A model generated the notes under the pieces. The model was not told the DNA's origin. It made no database searches and saw only the letters and a program-made list of their open reading frames with translations. A stretch of DNA of 63,962 nt, filler included, from Candidatus Hydrogenedentota bacterium (GTDB lineage Bacteria; JBFMHD01), in the NCBI GenBank assembly GCA_040752395.1. It is 10 parts of 10 records of this genome, joined end to end, with 100 filler letters (N's around TTAATTAATTAA, not from the genome) between each part and the next. Parts side by side here need not be neighbours in the genome. Positions count along the whole stretch, not along the records: positions 35,256 to 40,168 come from JBFMHD010000211.1; positions 40,269 to 45,119 come from JBFMHD010000212.1; positions 45,220 to 50,058 come from JBFMHD010000213.1; 7 more parts are not named here. One strand, 5' to 3'. Of this stretch, positions 39,261 to 47,448 are shown piece after piece (position 1 is the stretch's first letter; each line of letters starts with the position of its first letter). The translations under genes were made by a program, and so were the position numbers.

Positions 39261-39587
39261 GTGGATAATATTTATTTAGACGTAAAACAAATTGATAAAG
39301 ATGTAATAATATCATTACAGGGTCATTTTGAAGCAGCAACTATTGTGAAACTAAAAAATGTGGTCAATAATTTACTTGAAGAGGGGAAGCGGGATTTTGT
39401 CATTGATTTAAAAAAGGTAAAATCTATCAATTCGACAGCTATAGGTTTATTACTGACCTGTTTGAAAGCAATCAAGCTTAAAAAAGGCAGTTTAAAATTA
39501 AGGAATCTCGAATCAGAGATTATGCGGACGTTTTCAATAATGGGTGCGGATAAAATTTTTACTATAGAAAGAGACGAGAATGTGTAA
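39261..39587 (+). CDS. STAS domain anti-sigma factor antagonist
   Basis: IDLKKVKSINSTAIGLL; GTG start at 39261 after GAGG. Confidence 0.85.
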   Translation: MDNIYLDVKQIDKDVIISLQGHFEAATIVKLKNVVNNLLEEGKRDFVIDLKKVKSINSTAIGLLLTCLKAIKLKKGSLKLRNLESEIMRTFSIMGADKIFTIERDENV

Positions 39588-40056
39588 TATGGTTATTGAT
39601 ATTAAAAATGCTGAAGATATTATATTAAAAAAATCAGAAGAGATAGCTATACTACTGGGATGGACCGTGGTAGATGTAGAAATATTTTACAGTAAAAGGC
39701 ATTTCGTGGTGAGGATATATCTTGATAGAGCAACTGGTATAACTGTTAATGATTGTGAAAATTTTTCACAGCAGATAGAACCTTATCTTGAAGAATTATT
39801 CAGAGAAACGAGTAATTATTTCATTGAGGTATCTTCCCCGGGGATCGCAAGGATATTAAAAAAAGAGAGGGAATTTAAATGGGCTATTGGAAAGAATGTA
39901 AAAGTTGTTGCATCTTCTAATGGTAAAACAATTATTTACAAAGGTAATTTAAAATCATATAATGATAGGGTATTCAATATAGAAGATATAGCATATGGAA
40001 ACGTTGAACTAAGTCTGGATGCGATAAAACAGATAAGACTTGATGATGGTTTTTGA
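39580..40056 (+). CDS. rimP: Ribosome maturation factor RimP
   Basis: VRIYLD, GITVNDC, YFIEVSSPGIAR. Confidence 0.92.
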   Translation: MCNMVIDIKNAEDIILKKSEEIAILLGWTVVDVEIFYSKRHFVVRIYLDRATGITVNDCENFSQQIEPYLEELFRETSNYFIEVSSPGIARILKKEREFKWAIGKNVKVVASSNGKTIIYKGNLKSYNDRVFNIEDIAYGNVELSLDAIKQIRLDDGF

Positions 40057-40057
40057 A

Positions 40058-40425
40058 CAAAGATTAAAAGATTAAAAGATTGAAAGATTGAAAGATTCAA
40101 AGGAAAGGCACAGAGGCACAAAGGCACAAAGGCAGAAAGTTAAATTAAAAATTCAAAATTAGGAGTTANNNNNNNNNNNNNNNNNNNNNNNNNNNNNNNN
40201 NNNNNNNNNNNNTTAATTAATTAANNNNNNNNNNNNNNNNNNNNNNNNNNNNNNNNNNNNNNNNNNNNAAACAAACATCTAGTTTTTCATACCTTGTGTA
40301 GAGCGCAAAAACGCAATAACCCAATAACCCAATAACACAATAACCCAATAGTGTAGAGCACAAACCGCGCTCATGACTACTCCGCTAAAAAAAAAAAGTG
40401 GGAACTAAGAAGTGAGAAGTCAGAT
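40058..40425. repeat. Repeat modules at both contig ends (AAGATTGA, GGCACAAA, ACCCAATA arrays; GTGTAGAGCGCAA motif)
   Basis: Tandem 8-mers on both sides of the linker. Confidence 0.8.
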
Positions 40426-40702
40426 TAAAGATTATCTATAATAATTATATAACATTTTGCAAATAATGCAATAAAAAATTTGTTATCTAAAATCCATATC
40501 AAATCTAAGAAGGTTATTATCGGCATCCCTTACTTCAAGATAATCATAAACTATAGTTTGGCACTACTTTTTCATCATATACATGGTATAAAAGATACTT
40601 GGTTACCAATAAAAGGGCAGGATTCAGAGACATAAAATGAGATTATTCAAGAAAAAAGATTTCTAATCTATGGGGAATCACTGTATAAAAAATTGATAGA
40701 CT

Positions 40703-41056
40703 TTATAATGCTTTTATTGCTCTTGATTTTTTAATCCTATTACGAAATGGATCAATCTCAAGTCTTAGTGTCTCAAGTGCGTGTACTCCTAAAACTTCTG
40801 AATCTTTTCTTTTTGCAAAGATGACGCCAGTATGACCTTTCCTACCAAAACATTCAATTTCAATTTCGGCAATCTTTCTTTTGATAATTGTACCTTCTAT
40901 AGTTTCTAGTTCCTCTTCATCCGTTGGTTGGATTCCAAGTTGTTTAAGTGTTTTGGAATTTATCCAACTAAAAGTAGCACCTGTATCAACAAGTAATCTT
41001 TTTTTTATTTCTTTTTTGTTTGCTATTAACTTAATCTCTGCATATGTTTCACCCAT
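40703..41056 (-). CDS. Clan AA (retropepsin-like) aspartyl protease
   Basis: LVDTGAT...VLGVHALE.L...DP. Confidence 0.85.
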   Translation of the reverse strand: MGETYAEIKLIANKKEIKKRLLVDTGATFSWINSKTLKQLGIQPTDEEELETIEGTIIKRKIAEIEIECFGRKGHTGVIFAKRKDSEVLGVHALETLRLEIDPFRNRIKKSRAIKAL

Positions 41057-41301
41057 AATTCATTCCTTATATTATAAGAATAAAGAATTATTGCAATTTT
41101 GTCAATGAAAATTTTTACTACGCAATGGAAATGTTATGTCAATAATTATGTTGAAAATTAATTGGAAAGTATCCCTGACATCGTATACCTCTTAAAAAAG
41201 ATAAAATGTATAAGTAAAAGTAACTTTAAGTTACTAAAGATATCTATAAGTAGAAAAGACATAGAAATAAAAAAAGAGGTTAAAAAGAGAGATAGGAGTG
41301 G

Positions 41302-41369
41302 GTATTCCGTAATCTTGCTTCTTGCTTCTAAAGTATAAAGTTCTACTGCACCAATAACTGAGGGAATAC
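41302..41369. mobile_element. Degenerate copy of the GTATTCCCTCAGT MITE
   Basis: Intact right TIR ACTGAGGGAATAC, partial left TIR GTATTCC, no TSD seen. Confidence 0.5.
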
Positions 41370-41378
41370 GCAGGTGAC

Positions 41379-41873
41379 CTAATACTTATTATAATGTATA
41401 ACTTTTTCTAATGCTGGTTTTTGTGGTAGTGTAATCTCTTCAGCTGGATAGCCAAGCGATATTATACTTATAAGTTTATATTCTGGTGGCACATTGAATC
41501 TTTTTAATATTTTATCTGCGTAGGGTTTCTTATCACCGGCGATCCAACAGGAACCGATGTTATAAGCAGTAGCTGCAAGTAATATATTTTCAGTTGCAGC
41601 ACAACCATCTTCTAAATAATATTTCGTCTCTTTGCAAATAACAACTATGCCAGCAGCAGCATCTTTCATAAACTTCCCATAGTCAGTAATCTCTGCGATC
41701 TCCTTTATAATTTTTTTATCAGTAAGAAGAATAAACTCAAACGGGCATATATTTCTTGCACTCGCTGCCAGCCTTCCACAATCAACTATATCCTCCAGAA
41801 TTTTTTTATCTATAGGTTTGTCACTATATTTTCTTACAGAGCGTCTGTTTTTTATAGCAAAAATCGCATCCAT
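41379..41873 (-). CDS. Nitroreductase family protein
   Basis: RRSVRKY, AASARN, ENILLAA...GSCWI, LGYP. Confidence 0.9.
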   Translation of the reverse strand: MDAIFAIKNRRSVRKYSDKPIDKKILEDIVDCGRLAASARNICPFEFILLTDKKIIKEIAEITDYGKFMKDAAAGIVVICKETKYYLEDGCAATENILLAATAYNIGSCWIAGDKKPYADKILKRFNVPPEYKLISIISLGYPAEEITLPQKPALEKVIHYNKY

Positions 41874-41937
41874 TTATGATAATTCCCTTGTTATATTCAT
41901 AGTAAACTCTTCAATTTTTACTTTTATCTTATTTCTA

Positions 41938-42268
41938 TCTCCTCTGAAAAACTTTGTAACTCTAATAATTCGGGGTACAGGCTACGGGCTACGGACTACA
42001 GCCGGCTGGAGCCAAAAGCCCGGAGCCTGAAGCCGACATATCATCTTTAGTTTTTCATATATTGTGTAGAGCGCAAACCGCGCTCATGAGTACTCCTTCG
42101 AAAAAGTTCGAAGTTCAAAGTTCGGAGCTCGGAGCTTGGATCTATTATTACGAACTCCTAACTCCTATAACAAATTAAAAGTAAAAAGTCAAAAGTTAAA
42201 AGTAAAGAAAGCGAAAATATACACTTTCTCGCCGTATCTTTCAATCTTTCAATCTTTCAATCTTTGAA
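41938..42268. repeat. Mosaic repeat copy
   Basis: CTCCTCTGAAAAAC end; CAGCCGGCTG at 41999-42008; several 7-8-mer arrays. Confidence 0.9.
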
Positions 42269-43471
42269 TCATTCAATAGCATTGTAAATTCTCAAGCATT
42301 TGGGACACTGGATTTTTTTGCCAAGTAACGAAGGCGGTATCTTAAGTTTAATGCCGCATTCACAATCCATAATCTTATAATCATTTACTTTCCAGATTAA
42401 GTCCCGTATCTCTCTTTGTTTCTCTTTTTTTGTTTTATCTTCTTTGCTCGGCTCTTTTATTAAAACATCTTTTGAATCTTTTAAAGTACTAAATGGTATA
42501 ACACCAACAGGTCTGCCTGTTATACGTTTGTATGCATCTTCGTAATTTGTGAACCCGGCTCCACCTGCCATTGAACGTAAGATTTTTACTCTTTCAGAGA
42601 TCGGTGGGTGGGTACTTGTTAAATCACTAATTTTATTATTCTTCATTGCGAGTGGGTTAACAATGTACATAGGTGCGGTAGCTTTTGTAGCAGAAGAAAG
42701 TTTCAAAGAAGAATTACTAATCTTCTCAAGTGCGCTTGCTAATCCCTCAGGATACCTGGTAAAAACAGCAGCCGATGCATCAGCAAGATATTCTCTTTTT
42801 CTTGAGATAGCAAAATAGATTAGCTGTGCAATTATTGGCGCAAGTATCATAAGAATTATTGCGATAAGAAATATAACCAGTTCTGCCTGGCCACCACCTG
42901 AGCGTGAAGAACGGCTCCGTCTACCGCCATAAAATAAACTTCGGACTCCTATATCAGCAAGAAGAACAATAGCACCCATCATAACCCCAACCATAATCAT
43001 ATATAAAGTATCGCGGTTATTTATATGAGCGAGTTCGTGAGCTATGACACCCTGTAATTCGTCGCGATTAAGTCGTTCAAGCAACCCTGAGGTAACAGCA
43101 ACAGCTGCGACCTCTCTTGTTCTACCTGTAGCAAATGCGTTTGGTGCATCGTCATCAATAATAAAAACCCGTGGAACTTTAGGCAGACCTGCTGCTATCG
43201 TCATCTCTTCAACTATATTAAAAAGTATCGGATGGTCTTTCTTTTGAATCTCTCTTGCACCACTTATTGCTAAAAAAATATTGTCACCGCCAAAATAGCT
43301 TGTTAGTATTAAAAAAATCCAGAGTATAAACGCAATAAAAAGCCCGAAGATACCGCCACCATAACCTATAAAAACTTCACCAAATAAATAACCAATAACA
43401 AAAAGCAAACCCGCCATCAGAACAACAAGAAAGGCTGAATTCCGTCGATTAGCACTAATCTGTTCCCACAT
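42269..43471 (-). CDS. htpX: HtpX-like M48 metalloprotease with C-terminal Zn-ribbon
   Basis: PNAFATG, HELAH, REYLADA, THPP; C-terminal CECG...CPKC. Confidence 0.88.
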   Translation of the reverse strand: MWEQISANRRNSAFLVVLMAGLLFVIGYLFGEVFIGYGGGIFGLFIAFILWIFLILTSYFGGDNIFLAISGAREIQKKDHPILFNIVEEMTIAAGLPKVPRVFIIDDDAPNAFATGRTREVAAVAVTSGLLERLNRDELQGVIAHELAHINNRDTLYMIMVGVMMGAIVLLADIGVRSLFYGGRRSRSSRSGGGQAELVIFLIAIILMILAPIIAQLIYFAISRKREYLADASAAVFTRYPEGLASALEKISNSSLKLSSATKATAPMYIVNPLAMKNNKISDLTSTHPPISERVKILRSMAGGAGFTNYEDAYKRITGRPVGVIPFSTLKDSKDVLIKEPSKEDKTKKEKQREIRDLIWKVNDYKIMDCECGIKLKIPPSLLGKKIQCPKCLRIYNAIE

Positions 43472-43526
43472 TGTTTTTTAACCATTTTTTTCGGTTATCG
43501 GATTGGAGAGTCAGAAGATAGAGGTT

Positions 43527-43916
43527 TCAAAATATTTCACGAATAAAAGATAAAATCTTTTCAGTATTTTCATCTGTTTGAGGTATAGATTGTTCCACGA
43601 CCTGTTCAAGTTCGCCTTTGTCAAACCATAAACCATCTCCTTTTTTGCATCTATCTATGACCACTTCTTTTTTTTCACCTACGATTATTTTATCCATAGG
43701 CTCTCTACATCGAGGACATTTATACTTTTTTTCTTTAGAATAATAAAGAGGTAAATCTATAATTTTGTTACCCCCGGCTTGTATACCTGATTTTTCACAG
43801 AATAATTCAAGTTCATTTGCATCAAACCACACCCCTCTGCATTGGATACAATAATCGAGTTCTATATCTTTATGTTCAATAACAATCATATCGAGATTAC
43901 ATACAGGACAGATCAT
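43527..43916 (-). CDS. Double zf-TFIIB-like zinc-ribbon protein
   Basis: CPVC...CIQCRGVWFDANEL and CPRC...GLWFDKGEL; start ATG 43916. Confidence 0.85.
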   Translation of the reverse strand: MICPVCNLDMIVIEHKDIELDYCIQCRGVWFDANELELFCEKSGIQAGGNKIIDLPLYYSKEKKYKCPRCREPMDKIIVGEKKEVVIDRCKKGDGLWFDKGELEQVVEQSIPQTDENTEKILSFIREIF

Positions 43917-44012
43917 CTTGTCGCTTCGCTCCATTGCAAATTGCAAAATATTTCTTTTTATACAAATTAAAGATATTAGGATGTGGATGTCAATAGAAAA
44001 ATTGGGTTCATT

Positions 44013-44088
44013 GTAATCCCTCTGTTATAAGTGGGATTAAGAAGCAAGAAGCAAGATAAAGAGACTCCACTGAAGACTGAGGCATTAC
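44013..44088. mobile_element. 76-bp MITE with 8-bp TSD
   Basis: GTAATCCCTCTGT...ACTGAGGCATTAC; GGTTCATT at 44005-12 and 44089-96. Confidence 0.85.
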
Positions 44089-44219
44089 GGTTCATTTATT
44101 CTTACGAGCTTTTGCATTATAAGGGGAGCTGATAGAAAAATTGTGTTTATTATAAAAGGTGAAAAAGATATATTATATTTTACAAAATTTTACAAAAAAT
44201 TTGAGGAGGTAGGAAAACC

Positions 44220-45014
44220 ATGTCAAGAAAACCTAAAGACTGGGGAAGAGAAGTTTCTAGAACACTCAAAAATATAAGAGATATTCCAGATAGCCTCTCT
44301 TCACCTAAGCTTGTAAGCACTATTATACACTATAATATGCTTCTTGGCAATATTTTAACTGAGATAATGGCAAGAGAACGAGAGCAGTATCTTAACACGC
44401 AAAACGAATTGGATGATACTGCAAACGGCTATTTCCCAAGAACTCTCCAAACAGAAATAGGCAAAATTCCCATATCAGTACCAAGAACGAGAACCTCAAA
44501 CTTCCGCTCAACTATATTACCAGACCCTTTGGTTCGACAAGATCCTTCTCTCGAAACGTTTATTAAGCGTCTACTTATACAAGGTTTATATGGTAAAAAA
44601 CTTAAACAAGTACTTAAATCGCACCTCTTATCTTTCCCTGAAGAGACTGTTGATGAACTCTGCACCGATATTGAAAAAGAACTATCTGCATTAACCACTA
44701 AGGAAATACCATGCGAACTTCTCTCTTTAATTATAGATGCTAAAGTCATTAATTGCCTTGATGATAACAACGTTATCAAAACAATGACACTATATCAAAT
44801 ATATGCTTTAAGTTTCAATGGAGAACGAGAAGTTATTTATTTCGAAATATCAGAAGAGAAAGAAGATAGCAAAAAATGGCTCTCAATATTTCAGTCTCTT
44901 ACACAAAGAGGACTACGTAAATTCTTGCTTATTATCAGCGACAATCTCTCAGGCTTAAAAGAAGCCATAAAAATGCTTTTTCCTCTATATTCAAGGATGG
45001 ATCATAACTCTTAA
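44220..45014 (+). mobile_element. IS256-family (Mutator-type) transposase, C-terminally truncated
   Basis: NGYFPRTLQT..G.I.I.VPRTR, IIDA, E....W...L..RGL, ISDNLSGL; ends before the CxxH motif and catalytic Glu. Confidence 0.85.
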
Positions 45015-45375
45015 AACATTAGGTAGTTTACCATCACTTGTGATGAGTTCTCTTCTCTAATGCGATTTATGAGAAAAGTTTTTAAACATTTTTGTATTGT
45101 TTTTGCTGAAAAATGGGAGNNNNNNNNNNNNNNNNNNNNNNNNNNNNNNNNNNNNNNNNNNNNTTAATTAATTAANNNNNNNNNNNNNNNNNNNNNNNNN
45201 NNNNNNNNNNNNNNNNNNNTTAGCCAGAATATGATATTTATTCTTCTCATAGACTAATCCTGCTGTAACCCCCCGGTTATAGGTAGAAAACAAGTAAAAA
45301 ATAGAAAGTTAAAAGCTAAAAGTGAGAGAGATGTTTTTCTTCATTGTGGTCGGCCAAAGCAAGGATATATCGGCA

Positions 45376-46764
45376 TTAAAAACCTGTAATAGGTGGTGTG
45401 CCTGGCGCTGACAATACTTCAATTCTTGCAGCTGTAGATAAACCACCTGTTATAGGACCAAGTAATCTGTTCCAGAAATCAAGCGTATTAGAGATAGCGG
45501 TCTCTGGAACAAAAATAACATCACCATCTTTTAATTCCATATTCTGCTTTATATCACCCCTGAATAAGAGTTTTTCAAGATTTATAGAATAAACAGTTGG
45601 TCTATTAGGCCAGCTTCTCACAAGTTTGGTATCTTTTAAGAGCGCACCCCATTTCTCATGTTCAGCAAGAGCTATCGCCTGTAATACGGTCATACCTTTG
45701 GTAATCCTATAAAAACCAGGTTTTTTAATATGTCCTAAAACGTATATCCCCATCTCCTTTGATTCCGGGATAAAAAGCGAATCTCCTTGATAAAGGATTA
45801 AATCCTGCGACATATCAGCCTGGAAAATTAATCTGTTTAAGTTTACCGGTTCCTGAATATTATTAGCACGGATGACTTTTGCGGATTCAAGATTAGCCTT
45901 TTCAGAATACCAGCCTGCAAGCGTGAGTGCTCTTTTTACAGTCATAATATCTTCAGCAGGGTCGTATTCTATCTTACCTGGCTTCTTTGCTTCACCGAAA
46001 ACATATATGTAGGAAATCACTTTTTCTTCTTCTTTTTCTTTTACAGCAGGTTCTTTTTCGTAAGCTACAATCTTATCCGTATCAACTCCTATTATTTTCA
46101 TTTCTTCTTTTGGTTTTTCAGGTACATATAGAGTATCATCTGGTTTTAATATAATATTTTGTGTGATATCACCTTCTTCAATAACTTTTCTTAAATTCAG
46201 TATCTCCCTGTCACCGTCTGGATGAATAACAGTAATACTCTCTAAATCAGATTTTTCATCTTTTAATCCTGCCTGAGTTAAAATTTCAAGTAATCTTGTA
46301 GAAGGCGGCAGTATAAACGAACCTGGTCTCACCACCTCCCCAAATACTAAAACCTTCCTGCTTTTAAATTCTTTGACTGCTACAACAACTTCAGGTCTTT
46401 TGATATACTTTTTTAATACCGAGGTAACCGCTGCATCGATTTCGGTCGTTGTTTTGCCCTGTGCTCTGAACTCCCCTACTTTTGGTATCCCTATTTTACC
46501 GTCAAATCCTACGGTTACAACAGAACTCAGTGTTTCATCCGGATATACACTGATCTCCAGCACATCACCTATGCCGATACGATAATCCTCATACGTCTTT
46601 TCAATCTCTGGTTTAACTATTATTTCTTCTTTTACTATTTTCGTTTTTGCTACACTTACCTCTTCTTCTATCCCATCTTCCTCAATCTCTTCTGCTATGT
46701 AACCGCTGGCTGTTATTAATAAAATAAAAATTAAAGTAGCAATGCCTTTCAATCTTCCTCTCAT
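45376..46764 (-). CDS. Polysaccharide export (Wza-like) protein with three SLBB domains
   Basis: YRIGIGDVLEISV...DGKIGIPKVG; repeated GEVVRPG / L..GD...VP motifs. Confidence 0.85.
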   Translation of the reverse strand: MRGRLKGIATLIFILLITASGYIAEEIEEDGIEEEVSVAKTKIVKEEIIVKPEIEKTYEDYRIGIGDVLEISVYPDETLSSVVTVGFDGKIGIPKVGEFRAQGKTTTEIDAAVTSVLKKYIKRPEVVVAVKEFKSRKVLVFGEVVRPGSFILPPSTRLLEILTQAGLKDEKSDLESITVIHPDGDREILNLRKVIEEGDITQNIILKPDDTLYVPEKPKEEMKIIGVDTDKIVAYEKEPAVKEKEEEKVISYIYVFGEAKKPGKIEYDPAEDIMTVKRALTLAGWYSEKANLESAKVIRANNIQEPVNLNRLIFQADMSQDLILYQGDSLFIPESKEMGIYVLGHIKKPGFYRITKGMTVLQAIALAEHEKWGALLKDTKLVRSWPNRPTVYSINLEKLLFRGDIKQNMELKDGDVIFVPETAISNTLDFWNRLLGPITGGLSTAARIEVLSAPGTPPITGF

Positions 46765-47405
46765 TGTCTACCTCCTCCTTTTCCCCAATCTTTATAAATT
46801 GTACTATGTATTTTATTATTTTCAATAGAAAATTTTTGAATTTTATTAAAATATAAATTAGGGGTAGTCTTTTTAAAATTATCATAATTATTAATATCTA
46901 CTGTTCTTTCAACATGCGGTATCCCATCTATCCTGTTAATTACATCGTAAACAGCTGTGTCATATTTTAATTCTTTATCTATGAAATGATACATTAGAGG
47001 GTTATTTTTCTTATATGTATAAGAAATTAATTTTTCATTAGGATAAATTGCAAAAGGTAGATCATAGTTTTGATATTTAAGCGGGTACCCAATTTTTCGC
47101 GATACGTTATGTTTTATCAAAAAGTCGGTTCCTGGGTATTTTACACTTTCTATCCTCTTTATCCTTTCAATCTCTGCTTTTTCAGCTTCTTGTATGAGTT
47201 TTTTCACTCGTATTAATTGTATCTCCTTTGCTTTAAAATATATAAATCCTGTGGTCAAACCCGAGAATATTAACCAGAAAAGGATTATAAAAACATAAAT
47301 CCCTAATATAATATATCTTTTAATTTTACTTTCTTCTTCTTCAAGTCCTGGTAAAAACGATAATAATTCCAAGAACACAGTTAACCACCTCTGAATCAGT
47401 AGCAA
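46761..47405 (-). CDS. Hypothetical membrane-anchored protein
   Basis: Single TM; stop overlaps the start of the SLBB gene; start codon uncertain. Confidence 0.55.
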   Translation of the reverse strand: MLLIQRWLTVFLELLSFLPGLEEEESKIKRYIILGIYVFIILFWLIFSGLTTGFIYFKAKEIQLIRVKKLIQEAEKAEIERIKRIESVKYPGTDFLIKHNVSRKIGYPLKYQNYDLPFAIYPNEKLISYTYKKNNPLMYHFIDKELKYDTAVYDVINRIDGIPHVERTVDINNYDNFKKTTPNLYFNKIQKFSIENNKIHSTIYKDWGKGGGRQ

Positions 47406-47448
47406 GTTTTTTCTTCTTTGTGCCTGATGACCGAAGAAACCGTGTTGC

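Noticed and set aside
40485-40580. Short minus-strand coding-like stretch (TIVYDYLEVRDADNNLLRFDMDFR)
   Set aside because: No start codon or recognisable family; at most a gene remnant
44220-45014. IS256 transposase as the active mobiliser of the adjacent MITE
   Set aside because: It is truncated, and no GTAnTCCCTCAGT-type end bounds it; the link remains unproven
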